From assembly GCA_963422375.2 (NCBI GenBank), contig OY729427.2, forward strand, positions 1,696,001 to 1,760,000: a DNA stretch of 64,000 nt. Direction: 5' to 3'. Within the stretch, counting starts at the first letter, position 1. Every line of letters starts with the position of its first letter. Below, piece by piece: positions 12,038-24,800 of this stretch. The position numbers were made by a program, and so were the translations under genes. The notes beneath the pieces were generated by a model. The model was given only the letters and a program-made list of their open reading frames with translations, ran no database searches and had not been told where the DNA came from. This DNA is from Bryobacterales bacterium. Its GTDB lineage: Bacteria; Acidobacteriota; Terriglobia; Bryobacterales; UBA6623.

Positions 12038-13122
12038 GCAAGGGCCTCTCCGGCCGCTGGGTTCGCGGGCCCCGCGGCGCCCTCAGGCTGCGCGGGGTCG
12101 GTCCAGCCTCGTGCGTCCTCCTCCCTCGCTGCGCGAACGCGCTCCCCGATCTCGCGCACCAGCGAGTCGATTCCCTCGCCGGTCACTGCCGAAATCGCCC
12201 GGAACGCGATGCCAAGTCCCTCGCAGTGCCGTCGCAGCGCCTCCAGGCGCTCGGGGGACTGCAGCGCGTCGAGCTTCGTGCCGGCTGCGATGCAGGGCTT
12301 GCGGGCCAGCGTAGGCGAGAAGCTCCGCAGCTCCGTGGCGATGATCTCGTAGTCCCGCACCGCATCGCGGCCGCTGTCGTCGCTCAGGTCGACCAAGTGG
12401 ACGAGGATCTTGGTGCGCTCGATGTGGCGCAGGAAGCGGTCCCCGAGACCGTGACCCTCGTGAGCGCCCTCGATCAGGCCGGGAATGTCGGCGACCAGGA
12501 GACTGTCGAAATCTCCCAGCGGGACGACGCCGAGATTGGGTTGGAGGGTGGTGAACGGGTAGTCGGCGATCTTGGGTCGCGCGGAAGAAATTCGCGCGAT
12601 CAGCGTGGACTTGCCTGCGTTGGGGAGACCCACGAGCCCCGCGTCGGCGAGCAGCTTGAGGGTCAGGCGCAGAGCGAGCGCCTGGCCTTCCGTGCCCTCT
12701 TCCGCGAACCGGGGCGCCCGGTTGGTGGGGGACTTGAAATGGGTGTTGCCGCGGCCGCCGCGGCCTCCTTGGGCCGCGAGGAACTCCTGGTCCGGGCCGT
12801 CGAAGTCCCGCAGCAGCTCGCCGGTCTCCGCGTCGTGGACCAGCGTGCCGCCGGGGACATGGATCACTAGGTTGCTGCCGCTGCGACCGGTGCAATTGCT
12901 GCCCTCGCCGTGGCGGCCGTTCTCGGCCTTCCGCTCCGGCTGGAAGCGGAAGGCCGTCAGGGTGTTGATCCGGCTGGTCGACCGCAGTACCACGTTTCCC
13001 CCGTGCCCCCCGTCCCCGCCGGCGGGGCCGCCCTTGGGCACGAACTTCTCGCGACGGAACGCGACGCAGCCGTTGCCGCCCCGGCCGGCCTGGATCCGCA
13101 CCAGCGCCTCGTCTACGAACAT
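12034..13122 (-). CDS. obgE: GTPase ObgE
   Basis: [48 protein letters not shown]. Confidence 0.97.
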   Translation of the reverse strand: MFVDEALVRIQAGRGGNGCVAFRREKFVPKGGPAGGDGGHGGNVVLRSTSRINTLTAFRFQPERKAENGRHGEGSNCTGRSGSNLVIHVPGGTLVHDAETGELLRDFDGPDQEFLAAQGGRGGRGNTHFKSPTNRAPRFAEEGTEGQALALRLTLKLLADAGLVGLPNAGKSTLIARISSARPKIADYPFTTLQPNLGVVPLGDFDSLLVADIPGLIEGAHEGHGLGDRFLRHIERTKILVHLVDLSDDSGRDAVRDYEIIATELRSFSPTLARKPCIAAGTKLDALQSPERLEALRRHCEGLGIAFRAISAVTGEGIDSLVREIGERVRAAREEDARGWTDPAQPEGAAGPANPAAGEALA

Positions 13123-13184
13123 GGCGTTGCTGGCATCCTTGCAGCCCCCCGGCCCGGGAGGCCCGCTCAGGCTACCATCGAAAC

Positions 13185-13955
13185 ATGAGCCTGCGCATCG
13201 CCGGTCGCGACTTCTCGTCGTGCTTGATCGTCGGCACCGGCAAGTATCGGAGCTTCGAGGAGATGCGACGGTGCCATCGCGTCTCCGGCGCGGAGATGGT
13301 GACCGTGGCGGTCCGGCGGGTCAACCTGAGCGACCGCGCCAAGGAGTCCCTCCTTGACTATATCGACCGCGACGAGATGTTCATCCTGCCCAACACGGCC
13401 GCCTGCTACACGGCGGACGACGCTGTCCGCACGGCCCGCCTGGCGCGGGAGGTGGGCCTGTCGAACTGGATCAAGCTCGAGGTGATCGGCGACCCCGAGA
13501 CCCTGTTCCCCGACACGGAGGGCCTGCTGGAAGCGACGCGTCTGCTCGTCCGAGAGGGCTTCGTGGTGCTGCCGTACACGAGCGACGACCTGATCGTCGC
13601 GCGCAAGCTGGTCGATGCCGGGGCGGCCGCAGTGATGCCCTTGGCTGCCCCGATCGGCTCGGGCCTCGGCGTGCAGAACCCGGCCAACCTGCGCATCCTG
13701 CGCGAGAAGATCACTTCCGTGCCCTTGGTTGTTGACGCAGGCGTGGGCACGGCCTCCGACGCGGTAAGGGCCATGGAACTGGGTGCGGACGGGGTCCTGA
13801 TGAACACTGCCATCGCCTTGGCCCGCGACGCCGTGAAGATGGCGGAATCGATGAAGCTGGCCGTCGAGTCGGGCCGTCTCGCGTACCAGGCCGGCCGGAT
13901 GCCCAAGCGCCTTTACGCAAGCGCCAGCTCCCCGCTCGAAGGCGTCATAGGCTGA
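13185..13955 (+). CDS. thiG: thiazole synthase
   Basis: [47 protein letters not shown]. Confidence 0.96.
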   Translation: MSLRIAGRDFSSCLIVGTGKYRSFEEMRRCHRVSGAEMVTVAVRRVNLSDRAKESLLDYIDRDEMFILPNTAACYTADDAVRTARLAREVGLSNWIKLEVIGDPETLFPDTEGLLEATRLLVREGFVVLPYTSDDLIVARKLVDAGAAAVMPLAAPIGSGLGVQNPANLRILREKITSVPLVVDAGVGTASDAVRAMELGADGVLMNTAIALARDAVKMAESMKLAVESGRLAYQAGRMPKRLYASASSPLEGVIG

Positions 13956-13968
13956 CGCGGGCGGGTCT

Positions 13969-15390
13969 TCAGGCGGCTTGGTGCGCCGGCTCGGACCAAG
14001 GCCGGTCGATCTCCCAGGACTCCAGGCTCTCGGTCCAGGCTGCGCGTCGCGAGCGAAGCCGCGCTAGGGCGGCGCCGTGGTCGGCAGAGCGCGCTAGGTC
14101 GACGGTCTCTTGGGGATCGACCGCTAGGTGGTACATCTCCTCGTGCGGCGGATCGGACTCCGGAAAGACGAAGTACTTCCAGTCGCCGGCATGGACTCCC
14201 TCGCTCTTCGGCACGCGCGGGTTCTCGAAGAGATGCTCGTAGAACCACTCGCGGCGCCATGTCGGGGACTCGCCCCGGACGAGAGGCATCAGGTCGCGCC
14301 CGTTCATGCTGGCGGGAGCCTCCAGGCCGGCCGCGCTGAGGATCGTCGGGCATACGTCGACATTCAGCGTCATCTCGGACCGTCGCGTGCCGGCGCGGTG
14401 CGCCAGGCGCGGGTCGCGCACGATCATCGGGGTGCGGATCGATTCCTCGTGCATGTACCACTTGCCGGCCCATCCGCGCTCGCCGAGGAAGAATCCGTTG
14501 TCGCCCGTGAAGATGACGACCGTGCTGTCGAGCTGGCCCATCGATGCGATTTGGTCCAGCATGCGGCCGATCTGGATGTCGACCCCGTGAATCAGCGCGT
14601 AGTAGCGCTTCACGGACTCCTCCCATCTGTCGGGGGTGCCGAATCGGCGCACCCATCGGATGCGGCTCTCGGTGTCGTCCTTGAGGAACTCCGGCAGCGA
14701 GTTGTAATAGGAGCCGTCCATGTGGGGGAACGGCTGCAGCCGCAGCCCGTCGTACATGTCGTCCAGTCGCGGGTCGTTGATGAAGAATGGGTCCACCCCG
14801 TCTTGGACGTGGGGGGCCTTGAAGCTAACCGACAGGTTCCAGGGCCGGTCGGCAGGCGCACCGTCGAGGAACTCCAGAGCTTGGTTGCCGAGATGCTCCG
14901 TCATGTGGGCGCGGCCGGGCACCAGGTACTGGCCTTGGCCGGGCCAGCCTTCGAAGTAGTCGAAGCGAGCGGCGGCCCCGTCGATGTCCCGGGCCGCCCC
15001 GACGCCGTACTTGCCGATGAATCCGGTGTGGTAGCCGGCTTCGCGCAAGCGGACGGGGTAGCTGAGCGCGTGCTGCTCGTCGCTCAGAGGAGTCCGGAAT
15101 CCGTGGATGCCGTGGCAGCGGGCGTACAGGCCCGTGAAGAACGACGCGCGCGAGACGGCGCAGATGGAGGTCGTAACGTAGTTGTTCTCGAAGAGGACGC
15201 CCTCGCTCGCCAGCCGGTCCATGTTTGGCGTGCGGATAATCCGGTTGCCTCCCGCCCCGAACATGTCGAAGCGCTGGTCGTCCGTGAGCAGGAACAGGAT
15301 GTTGGGAGGGCGGGCGGCCCCGCTGCCCCCGCAGCCCAAGCCCGCCGCGGCGCCCAAGGTGCCGAGGAGTTCGCGGCGCGTCGGTCGCAT
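13969..15390 (-). CDS. sulfatase (S1), Tat/lipoprotein-like leader
   Basis: PNILFLLTDDQR, TPNMDRLA, ICAVSRAS..TG (Cys-type, CxxxR), FKAPH, GDNG, GKW. Confidence 0.9.
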   Translation of the reverse strand: MRPTRRELLGTLGAAAGLGCGGSGAARPPNILFLLTDDQRFDMFGAGGNRIIRTPNMDRLASEGVLFENNYVTTSICAVSRASFFTGLYARCHGIHGFRTPLSDEQHALSYPVRLREAGYHTGFIGKYGVGAARDIDGAAARFDYFEGWPGQGQYLVPGRAHMTEHLGNQALEFLDGAPADRPWNLSVSFKAPHVQDGVDPFFINDPRLDDMYDGLRLQPFPHMDGSYYNSLPEFLKDDTESRIRWVRRFGTPDRWEESVKRYYALIHGVDIQIGRMLDQIASMGQLDSTVVIFTGDNGFFLGERGWAGKWYMHEESIRTPMIVRDPRLAHRAGTRRSEMTLNVDVCPTILSAAGLEAPASMNGRDLMPLVRGESPTWRREWFYEHLFENPRVPKSEGVHAGDWKYFVFPESDPPHEEMYHLAVDPQETVDLARSADHGAALARLRSRRAAWTESLESWEIDRPWSEPAHQAA

Positions 15391-15463
15391 CGCTGGCAAG
15401 GATACCAGAGGCGGCGCGGCACCGGGCGGTCGGCGCGAGGTCGCGCCGGACAGCGAGGCTGCG

Positions 15464-16291
15464 GTGCCCCGTGATCGCTGCTTCAGTGCGTCCCGCACGC
15501 TGCTGATGGGCATTCTCAACGTCACGCCGGACTCGTTTTCCGACGGCGGGCTGTACCTAGACCGGCGGCGGGCCATCGAGCGGGGGATCGAGATGGCGGG
15601 CGAGGGTGCCGATATCGTCGACGTGGGCGGCGAGAGCACAAGGCCCGGGTCCGCGCCGGTCGGCGAAGCGGAGGAACTCCGCCGCGTGCTTCCGGTCGTG
15701 GAAGCTCTGGGAAGGCGGATCGAGGTGCCGATCTCGGTGGACACCCAGAAGCCGGCAGTCGCGAGGCGGTGCCTGGAAGCGGGCGCCGTGATCCTCAACG
15801 ACGTCGGGGGCCTGCGCGACTCGGCGATGGCGGAGGTTGCCGCCGAGAGCGGAGCCAGCGTCGTGCTGATGCACATGCGGGGCACGCCCGCCACGATGCA
15901 GGCCGACACGACCTACGGCGACGCGGTTTCCGAGATCAGGGATTTTCTGGAGGAGCGCGCGAGGATGGCCCGCCGCGCGGGAATCCGCGAGATCGCGGTC
16001 GATCCGGGCTTGGGCTTCGGAAAGTCGGCGCGCCAGAATTTCGAGATTCTAGGGCGGTTGGAGGCCATTGCCGATCTCGGGTATCCGGTCCTGATCGGTC
16101 CGTCGCGGAAGTCCTTCCTAGGCAGCCTGCCCGGTGCGCTCACCGCGGGCGAGCGGCTCGAGGGTACGCTCGCGGCGGTGGCCGCTGGGGTGCTGAACGG
16201 CGCCCGGATCGTCCGTGTCCACGACGTGCGGCCGTGCCGTCGGGTCCTCGAGGTGCTGGACGCCGTGACGGAGGCCGCGCGTGCGGGATAG
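15464..16291 (+). CDS. folP: dihydropteroate synthase
   Basis: MGILNVTPDSFSDGG, DVGGESTRPG, DPGLGFGK, SRKSF, RVHDV. Start is 15464 or 15506. Confidence 0.95.
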   Translation: MPRDRCFSASRTLLMGILNVTPDSFSDGGLYLDRRRAIERGIEMAGEGADIVDVGGESTRPGSAPVGEAEELRRVLPVVEALGRRIEVPISVDTQKPAVARRCLEAGAVILNDVGGLRDSAMAEVAAESGASVVLMHMRGTPATMQADTTYGDAVSEIRDFLEERARMARRAGIREIAVDPGLGFGKSARQNFEILGRLEAIADLGYPVLIGPSRKSFLGSLPGALTAGERLEGTLAAVAAGVLNGARIVRVHDVRPCRRVLEVLDAVTEAARAG

Positions 16292-16646
16292 GGTCCTGCT
16301 GCCTAGCGTGCCGCTCAAGGCTCGGGTCGGTTGCACCGAAGCCGAACGCCGGGAGCCGCAGGTAGTCCTAGTCGATATTGAGCTTCGGTGCGACGTAGCG
16401 GCCGCGGCACGTTCGGATTCCATCGCCGACGCGGTCGATTACGTGCTGGTCCGGGACGAAGCCGAGAGGGTGGCCGGGCGACGGCCCTACGCCTTGGTCG
16501 AAACGATCGCCGACGGGATCGCTCGCCGGCTCCTCGAGGTCTGCCCGGCAAGCGAAGCGCTCGTCCGAGTCAGGAAGCCGTCGGCTTTGGCTAGGCACGG
16601 AGTGCCTTGGGCCGGCGTGGAAGTCGTGCGGGCCAGGGATGCGTAG
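16281..16646 (+). CDS. folB: dihydroneopterin aldolase
   Basis: VGCTEAER..Q..VDIEL..SDSIADAVDY..LVETIA..VRKP; lies between folP and folK. Confidence 0.9.
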   Translation: MRDRVLLPSVPLKARVGCTEAERREPQVVLVDIELRCDVAAAARSDSIADAVDYVLVRDEAERVAGRRPYALVETIADGIARRLLEVCPASEALVRVRKPSALARHGVPWAGVEVVRARDA

Positions 16647-17118
16647 GGCGTATTTCGGCCTCGGATCCAACCTCGGTGACAGGCGTGCGCACTTGCTGCA
16701 TGCGCTGCGCGAGCTGGCGCGGCTTGGCACGCTGCTGGCGCGGTCGCCGCTGGTCGAGACCGAGCCCGTCGCCTGCCCGGGAGGGGGACTGTTCTTGAAC
16801 GCGTGCACCTGCCTGGAGACCGCGCTCGGTCCGCGTGACCTGCTTGCGGCGGCCTTGCGCATCGAACGCGCAATGGGGCGTCGCAGGGGAAGCCGCAACG
16901 GGCCCAGGACCCTCGACATCGACCTATTGCTCCTAGGCGATCTAGTGCTTGCGGAACCGGGCCTCGCCCTTCCGCACCCGCGGATGCACCAGCGGGCGTT
17001 CGTCCTAGGCCCGCTGGCGGCCATCGCGCCCGATACAGTTCATCCCGGCCTCTCGCAGCCAGTCCGGGTGCTCCTCGGGCAGTTGCAGGGCAGGAGCCGG
17101 GCCACCCCGGCCCCGTAG
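16639..17118 (+). CDS. folK: 2-amino-4-hydroxy-6-hydroxymethyldihydropteridine diphosphokinase
   Basis: YFGLGSNLGD, FLNA, GPRTLDIDLL, LPHPRMHQRAFVL. Confidence 0.95.
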   Translation: MRRAYFGLGSNLGDRRAHLLHALRELARLGTLLARSPLVETEPVACPGGGLFLNACTCLETALGPRDLLAAALRIERAMGRRRGSRNGPRTLDIDLLLLGDLVLAEPGLALPHPRMHQRAFVLGPLAAIAPDTVHPGLSQPVRVLLGQLQGRSRATPAP

Positions 17119-17562
17119 GTTCCGGTTCGGGGCGTCGGCCGACGGCCGGTCTTCGTGCTCCTCTTTCTCGCCGTCTCCCGACGGCGTCATCCAAGCCCGT
17201 GCCTGCGCCATCGGGGATTCCTGTCGACTGCGGCGTCGCCATGTTGCGGGGCGCCTCTCCCCGTCATCCGCAGCCGAGTCAGATTCTGCGCACCGGGACA
17301 GCTGGTAGCAGAGCGAAGGAGGACTGAAACATTGGCACTCAGAATGGCAGGTAATCTAGTTGCCTCAGCGCTTTGTGTAGTCATGGTGTCTTCGGGACAC
17401 TCGATTGTGATCCGTGGCAGCTTAGAAAACTCAGAAGGCGTATCTCTAATCGGAATCCATTGACTCTATTGAAGAGGGATACGATATCCGTGTCACTACC
17501 CATTCCACAGATTCAGACGGTATGTTCCGTGTTTCTGCTGATACGAGATATGGTATTGCAAT

Positions 17563-18906
17563 GGGAATTATATATCTGAGTGTCGAGGCAACCTATTTGG
17601 CAAATTATCAATCCATAACTTAATTTGATATTTCTTCCGGATATCTGTTGACAGTCTGTAGAGTTCCTTGATAGAATAGTTGCAATATAGGAGGTCTTCG
17701 TTGAAGAAGGCGAAGCAGAAAGGTCCCGGGAAGTGGTTTCGTAAAGGCATCACCTTGATCGAAGTGATTGCCATGTTCCCCGATGACGAATCCGCGGAAA
17801 AGTGGTTCGCCTCCGTGCGCTGGCCGGACGGTCCGGCATGCCCCCGCTGCCGCGGCTCCAGCGTGCAGTCCGGCGCGGCCCACCCTTCGATGCCGTACCG
17901 TTGCCGCGGTTGCGGCAAGCGCTTTTCCGTGCGCACCGGCAGCGTGATGGCCGACGCCAAGCTCGGCTACCGCGTCCGGGCCGTGGCCCTGTTCCTGCTG
18001 ACCACCGGCCTCCAGGGCGTCTCCGGCATGAAGCTGCACCGCGACCCGGGCATCAGCCGGAAGTCGGCCTGGCACTTGGCGCACCGCATCCGCGCGTGCT
18101 GGGAGCGGGACCTGTTCGTCGGCCCGGTGGAAGTGGACGAGACCTGCGTCGGCGGCAAGGAGCGCAACAAGCACGAGAGCAAGAAGGCCCGCGCCGGGCG
18201 CGGGCCGGTCGGCAAGACCCCCGTGGCGGGCGCGCAGGTCCGCTCCGACGAGGCGGCGGCCTGCGCCGGCATGGCGGAGTTCCCGCACGAGGGCGTCAAG
18301 CACTCCGGCGGCGAGTACGTGCGTGGGGCGGCGCATACGAACGGCATCGAGTCGTTCCGGTCCCTGTTCAAGCGCGGCCTCTACGGAACCTATCACCGGA
18401 TGAGCGTCCGTCATCCGGGTCGCTACCTCGCGGAGTTCGCGGGACGGCGCAACGCCCGCAACTGCGACACGGCGGAACGGATGCGGCGCATGGCGCGGGG
18501 CCCGGTCGGCCGGACGCTGACCTACCGGCAGCTGGTCGGCAAGGCCGCGGTCGCGGCCTGAGCACGGCCTAGCCGGTCCGCTGCGGCCTCTCTTCACGCT
18601 CGGTGCGAAGGGCGCTCCGGATCCGGAATCCCGCGCCGCGACCGGTGTCCAGCCCGGACGATTCATAGATGCAGCCGCCCTGGAAGGGGAGCCTCTCCAC
18701 GGCAATCCGGGTTCCGCCGGGGCGCCCGAGGCGGCCTCTCCAGTCCCTGCGCCGCGAAATCCGCTTGCCGGCGCGATTCAGATACGAACCGACCTTTCGG
18801 TGCCCACCTCGGCCGCACACCAATGACCCGAGCTAGACGGCGACTTCCCCAATCAGAGCAGTTCTAGCCGGACATGGCGTCGTCGGCACTCAGATATATA
18901 ATTCCC
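17563..18906 (+). mobile_element. IS1595-family element, type 2, copy A
   Basis: TIRs GGGAATTATATATCTGAGTG(T/C)CGA; near-TSD ATTGCAAT/ATTGGAAT (7 of 8). Transposase to 18561 (RWPDGPACPRC, EVDET, HTNGIES) with internal deletion. Confidence 0.92.
17648..17677 (+). promoter_or_regulatory. transposase promoter in the type-2 IS left end
   Basis: TTGACA-18 bp-TAGAAT followed by AGGAGG and a TTG start at 17701; similar boxes occur in copies C and D. Confidence 0.6.
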
Positions 18907-19218
18907 ATTGGAATCCGTGCAAGCGCAGAGGATTACCCCTCTGATGAACAGAATATATAGCTTGGACCAAGAGGAGATGTCAGACTTGGGTTCGTACTTC
19001 CGACAACCCAGAGACTTAGTGGGAAGTATCATAGAATCACATGGATTGGGTGTTTCCCACACCACAGTTCATGTTTCGTACTATGAGACATACTGGCCGA
19101 CTTGTCTGTCGAAATATCACGAGTTTCATACTGAGTAGATCAAAAGTAATTCTTCCCTTTATCGCCCTCTTATGAAGCCAGTTTCGACACTTGAATGCGG
19201 TATAATTGTTGCATGAAT

Positions 19219-20274
19219 CTAGTGCGGGTCGAATCGCAAGTGTCGCGTCCGCCGGTGGTTTGCGAATGCGCAATCGATCAGTCGCTCGACGAGTTTCGGG
19301 AATGGGACGCCGCTGTGCTGCCACATGCGCGGATACATGCTGATCGAAGTGAACCCTGGCATCGTGTTCACCTCGTTGACCCAAATCTTCCCGGACGACC
19401 TCTCGACGAAGAAGTCGACCCTGGCAAGGCCCGAGCACCCGAGTGCTTCGAACGCCCTCAGAGCCAGTTCGCTGACCCTCCCGCGCTCTTCGTCCGCGAG
19501 CGGGGCCGGCACGATTAGCTCGGCGGTGTCGCTCACGTACTTGGCATCGTAGTCGTAGAAGTTTTCCCCCGTGACGATCTCCCCCGGCGCGGACACGGAC
19601 GGTGCTTCGTCTCCGAGCACGCCGCACTCGATTTCCCGGGCCTCGACGCCGGGCTCGGCGATGACCTTGCTGTCGAACTCCGCCGCGTAGCGGAGCGCCG
19701 CGATCAAGCTCGGACGGTCCGCCACCTTGCGGATGCCTATCGACGAGCCGAGATTGGCCGGCTTGACGAAGGCCGGATAGCCGATCCGCTCCTCCACTTC
19801 CGCGGTCCGCCCCTCCAGGTCGCGCCAATCCAGCGCGGCGTGGGGTAGCGTCGGGATGCCGTGCGCGGAGAACAGCCGCTTCATCACGTCCTTGTCCATC
19901 CCGCAAGCCGACCCGAGGACGCCCGAGCCCACGTACGGCACATCCGCTAGGTCAAGCAAGCCTTGGATCCTGCCATCCTCGCCGTACGGGCCGTGGAGGG
20001 CGGGGAAGACCACGTCGAATCCCTTCGACCTTCCCGGCTCGTGGCGGAACTCGACCGCGCCCGCGCTGCACTTCGCTGCGGCCGCGGGCGGCAGCAGGGC
20101 TGCCGAGCGCTCCGGGTCGAGCCAGCGGCCGCTCCGCTCGATGGCGACCGGGATGGTCTCGAACCTCGACGGGTCCAGCGCCGCGATGACCGATCCCGCC
20201 GAGACCACCGAGACCTCGTGCTCGCTGGAGCGTCCGCCGAAGAGGACCGCGACTCTGGTCTTGCGGGAGGGCAT
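19219..20274 (-). CDS. ddl: D-alanine--D-alanine ligase
   Basis: [49 protein letters not shown]. Confidence 0.96.
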   Translation of the reverse strand: MPSRKTRVAVLFGGRSSEHEVSVVSAGSVIAALDPSRFETIPVAIERSGRWLDPERSAALLPPAAAAKCSAGAVEFRHEPGRSKGFDVVFPALHGPYGEDGRIQGLLDLADVPYVGSGVLGSACGMDKDVMKRLFSAHGIPTLPHAALDWRDLEGRTAEVEERIGYPAFVKPANLGSSIGIRKVADRPSLIAALRYAAEFDSKVIAEPGVEAREIECGVLGDEAPSVSAPGEIVTGENFYDYDAKYVSDTAELIVPAPLADEERGRVSELALRAFEALGCSGLARVDFFVERSSGKIWVNEVNTMPGFTSISMYPRMWQHSGVPFPKLVERLIDCAFANHRRTRHLRFDPH

Positions 20275-20382
20275 GATTGCGGTGGGCAGGCAGCGAGCCG
20301 GGTACGCTACAGTGCTCGGTTGGCTGTTGGCGCCGCTGCGGGCCGGCGTCCCGGCGCCTGTCGATCCTGCAAACTATTCAGT

Positions 20383-21783
20383 ATGGCGAAGCGCTCGATT
20401 GCCGACCTACTCGGCGGCGGCGTGAGCCTCGGGAGTGACGTCGAAGTCCAGGGCTGGGTGCGCACGCGGCGGGATTCCAAGGCCGGCTTCTCATTCCTGC
20501 AGGTCAGCGATGGCTCGTGCTTCGCGACTCTCCAAATCGTCGCGGGCCGCGAGCTCGCCAACTACTCCGGCGAAATCCTGCGCCTCGGCAGCGGCTGCTC
20601 GATCACGGCGAGCGGGACGCTGGTCGCCTCCCGCGGGCGCGGTCAGGCCGTGGAGCTGCAGGCGACCGGCGTCCGCGTCGAGGGCTGGGTCGACGATCCC
20701 GACACCTACCCGATCTCCCCGAAGCGCCACAGCTTCGAGTTCCTGCGGGAAGTCGCGCACCTGCGGCCGCGCACGAACACCTTCGGGGCGGTGGCTAGGG
20801 TCCGGCACTGCCTGGCCAGGGCCGTCCATGACTTTTTCGATGCGCGCGGCTACCTGTGGATCCACACGCCGATCATCACGGCCTCGGACACCGAGGGAGC
20901 GGGCGAGCTGTTCCGCGTCAGCACGCTGGATCTGGCGAACGTGCCCCGGGACGCCTCCGGGCGGCCGGACTTCGCCAAGGACTTCTTCGGGCGGGAGGCG
21001 TTCCTGACTGTCTCCGGCCAGCTGAATGTCGAGTCCTTCTGCCTGGCGCTGACCAAGGTGTACACCTTCGGTCCGACCTTCCGCGCCGAGAATTCCAACA
21101 CCAGCCGGCACTTGGCCGAATTCTGGATGATCGAGCCGGAAACCGCTTTCGCCGGACTGGACGAGAACGCGTCCCTGGCCGAGGCCCTGCTCAAGCATCT
21201 GTTCCGGACGGTGTTAGAAGAGCGGCCCGACGACATGGAGTTCTTCGAGAAGCGCATCGACAAGCAGGCCGTCCGGCGCCTGCGGGCGCTCCTCGACCGG
21301 CCGTTCGAGCGTATGACCTACACCGAGGCTGTGCGAGCCCTGCAGCGCAGCGGGCGCAAGTTCGCCCATCCGGTGGAATGGGGCGCGGATCTCCAGGCCG
21401 AGCACGAGCGCTACCTGACGGAGCGGCTCGTCCAACGACCGGTCATTGTGACCAACTACCCGAAGGGCATCAAGCCCTTCTACATGCGCCTCGACGACGG
21501 CGGGGAGACAGTCGCCGCGATGGACGTGCTGGCCCCCGGCATCGGCGAGATCGTCGGCGGGAGCCAGCGGGAGGAGCGGCTCGAAGTTCTCGACGCCCGC
21601 CTCGCCGAGTGCGGCATTGCCGCCGAGGGGTACGGCTGGTACCGCGACTTGCGCCGCTACGGCAGCGTGCCGCACGCAGGCTTCGGCCTCGGGTTCGAGC
21701 GCACCATCAGCTACGTGACGGGCATGGCGAACGTTCGCGACGTGATTCCGTTCCCACGCACGCCCGGCAGCGCCGCGTTCTGA
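20383..21783 (+). CDS. asnS: asparagine--tRNA ligase
   Basis: [52 protein letters not shown]. Confidence 0.96.
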   Translation: MAKRSIADLLGGGVSLGSDVEVQGWVRTRRDSKAGFSFLQVSDGSCFATLQIVAGRELANYSGEILRLGSGCSITASGTLVASRGRGQAVELQATGVRVEGWVDDPDTYPISPKRHSFEFLREVAHLRPRTNTFGAVARVRHCLARAVHDFFDARGYLWIHTPIITASDTEGAGELFRVSTLDLANVPRDASGRPDFAKDFFGREAFLTVSGQLNVESFCLALTKVYTFGPTFRAENSNTSRHLAEFWMIEPETAFAGLDENASLAEALLKHLFRTVLEERPDDMEFFEKRIDKQAVRRLRALLDRPFERMTYTEAVRALQRSGRKFAHPVEWGADLQAEHERYLTERLVQRPVIVTNYPKGIKPFYMRLDDGGETVAAMDVLAPGIGEIVGGSQREERLEVLDARLAECGIAAEGYGWYRDLRRYGSVPHAGFGLGFERTISYVTGMANVRDVIPFPRTPGSAAF

Positions 21784-21814
21784 CCGTCCCGCGCTCGTCC
21801 CCGAGACCGTCCGG

Positions 21815-24800
21815 TCAGGCCCGCGCCAGCGCCCGGCTCTCGCGCTCCCGCAGCGCCCTTTTCAGCTCGCGCGGATAGATCTTGCGAAACCGGGGCAGCA
21901 TCGATTCCCAATGCTCGAGCACCCACTGCCCCTTCGGGCTGCGCGTGTAGCTCACGTGCCGCTCGATCAGGTCGCGGACCAAGGCGAGGTCCGAGGCCAG
22001 CACGAGCGGCTCGACGTCCGCGTTGGCGTTCTGCATGCAGCGCTCCACGAAGTCGCCGCGCTCGTCCAGCACGTAGGCGAACCCGCCCGACATGCCCGCC
22101 GCGAAGTTCCGGCCGCACTCGCCAAGGATCACCGCGCAGCCGTTCGTCATGTACTCGCAGCCGTGGTCGCCCACGCCCTCGACCACGACTTGTGCGCCCG
22201 AGTTGCGAATGCAGAAGCGCTCGCCGGCCATCCCGTTGACGAAGGCCTCGCCCCCGGTCGCGCCGTAGAGCGCCACGTTTCCGATGACGATGTTCTCCTC
22301 GAAGACGAAGGTCGAGCCCGGCGGGGGCGAGATGACTAGCCGCCCGCCCGACAGCCCCTTGCCGAAGTAGTCGTTGGCGTCGCCGCGCACGAGCAGCGTC
22401 ATGCCCTTGCCCGCCCAGGCGCCGAAGCTCTGCCCGGCGCTGCCGGAGAAATGGATCCGAATGCAGTTCTCGGCGAGTCCGGCCGCGCCGTAGCGCTTGG
22501 CGATCTCGTGGGAGAGCATCGTTCCCGCGGTGCGGTCGGTGTTGCGCAGGTCGTAGGCGAACTCGACCGGGGTGCGCTCCTCCAAGGCCGGTCGGCAGAG
22601 TTCGATCAGGCGCTGGTCGATTTGCCGCTCCAAGCCGTGATCTTGGGTTTCGCAGTGGTACCGCGCGATCGCGCGGTCCACTGGCGGGTCGAAGAATACC
22701 CGCGCGAAGTCCAGCCCCTTGCTCTTGTAGTGCTCGACTGCCTCGCGCACGTCCAGGCGGTCCACCTTGCCGATCATGTCGTCGAAGCGGCGGAAGCCGA
22801 TCCGGGCCATGATCTGCCGCACTTCCTCGGCCACGAAGAAGAAGAAGTTCACGACGTGCTCGGGCGAGCCCTCGAACTTCCTGCGCAGCTCCCTGTTCTG
22901 GGTGGCGATGCCGACCGGGCACGTGTTCAGGTGGCATTTGCGCATCATGATGCAGCCCATCGCGATCAGGGGCATCGTGGAGAAGCCGAACTCGTCCGCC
23001 CCGAGCAGCGCGCCGATCACGACGTCGCGCCCCGTCTGCAGCTTGCCGTCCACCTGCACGCGGATGCGTCCCCGCAGGTCGTTCATGACCAGGACCTGCT
23101 GGGTCTCCGACAGGCCGAGCTCCCACGGCGTGCCCGCGTGCCGGATCGAGCTGACCGGGGATGCTCCCGTACCGCCGTCGTGCCCGGAGATCAGCACTAA
23201 GTCGGCGTGCCCCTTGGACACGCCGGCGGCCACCGTCCCGACGCCGACCTCGGAAACGAGCTTGACCGACACGTTGGCGTCGGGGTTGGAGTTCTTGAGG
23301 TCGAAGATCAGCTGCGCGAGGTCCTCGATGGAGTAGATGTCGTGGTGCGGAGGCGGCGAGATCAGGCCCACGCCGGGCGTGGAGTGCCGCAGCCAGGCGA
23401 TCGTCTCGTCGACCTTGTGGCCCGGCAGCTGGCCGCCCTCGCCGGGCTTGGCGCCTTGGGCGATCTTGATCTGCAGCTCGTCGGCGTTGGCGAGGTAGTG
23501 CGCCGTGACGCCGAAGCGCCCGGACGCGACCTGCTTGATCCGGGAGCGCCGGTCGTCCTCGTAGCGCGCCGGGTCCTCGCCGCCCTCGCCGGTGTTGGAG
23601 CGGCCGCCGATGCGGTTCATCGCGCGAGCCAGCGTCTCGTGGGCCTCGGCCGAGATCGAGCCGAAGCTCATCGCGCCCGTGCAGAAGCGCTTGACGATCT
23701 CGGACGCGGGTTCGACCGCGTCGAGCGGCAGCGGCTCGGCCGCCTCCCGGAGGTCGAACAGGCCGCGCAGCGTGCAGAGCTGCCTGTTCAGGTCGTTGGC
23801 CGCGCGCGAGTACTCCTCGTATGTTGCCCAGTGGTTCCGCCGCGCGGCGTACTGCAGCTGCGCGACGGTGTCGGGACTGAGCAGGTGCTGCTCGCCCCGC
23901 AGGCGATACTGGTACTCTCCGCCCACCGGCAGCTCCGTGATGTCCTGCGCCACGGGCAGGTACGCGTAGCGGTGCTTCTCGAGCGCCTCGCTCGCGAGCG
24001 TCTCCAGCTCGACCCCCTCGATCTGGGAGGTCGTGCCCGTGAAGAATTGGTCCACCACTTGGCGGGCCAGCCCGATCGCCTCGAAGATCTGCGCTCCGTG
24101 ATACGACTGGACAGTCGAGATGCCCATCTTGGACATCACCTTGAGGATGCCCTTGCGGATGGCCGTCTCGAAGTTCGCATGGGCCTGCGGGACGGTCAGG
24201 GAGGCCTCCGCCAGCTCGCCGCGCGCATGCATCCGCTCGAGAGTCTCGTAGGCGAGGTAGGCGTTGACCGCGTTCGCCCCGTAGCCGATGAGCAGGCAGA
24301 AGTGCATCACCTCGCGCGGCTCGCCGGACTCGACCACGATGCCGACCTTGCTGCGCTTGGCCCGGCGGATGAGATGGTGATGAACGGCCGCGCAGGCCAG
24401 CAGCGAGGGGATCGGCGCGGTGGCCTCGTCGACGCCGCGGTCGGTGAGCACCAGCACGGCCGCGCCGCCGTCGGCCGCCGACTCGGCCTCCCGGCAGAGC
24501 CGGTCGAGGGCCTTGCGCAGGCCTCCTGGGCCGTCCGCCACCGGGAAGGTGGCCGGCAGCGTCGCCGAGCGGAATCGCACGGCCGGGCCGAGGGCCCGCA
24601 GCTTCTCGAGCTTGACGTTGTCGATGACCGGCAGCGGCACCTTGACCACGTGGGCGTAGTCCGGGCGCTCGCCGAGCACGTTGCCCTGGGGCCCGATGTA
24701 GGTCACCGTCGACATCACGAGCTCCTCGCGGATGGGGTCGATGGCGGGGTTGGTGACCTGGGCGAACAGCTGCTTGAAGTAGCTGAACAGCAGCTGCGGG

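Larger units (their letters stand above)
17332..18960 (+). pseudogene. AT-rich carboxypeptidase-regulatory-like (beta-sandwich) domain gene, frameshifted and IS-split
   Basis: AAGGAGG RBS, hydrophobic leader, IRGSLENSEGVSL, frameshift, then TTHSTDSDGMFRV..GIA|IRASAEDY continuing in frame across the IS. Family call is from motif resemblance only. Confidence 0.45.
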
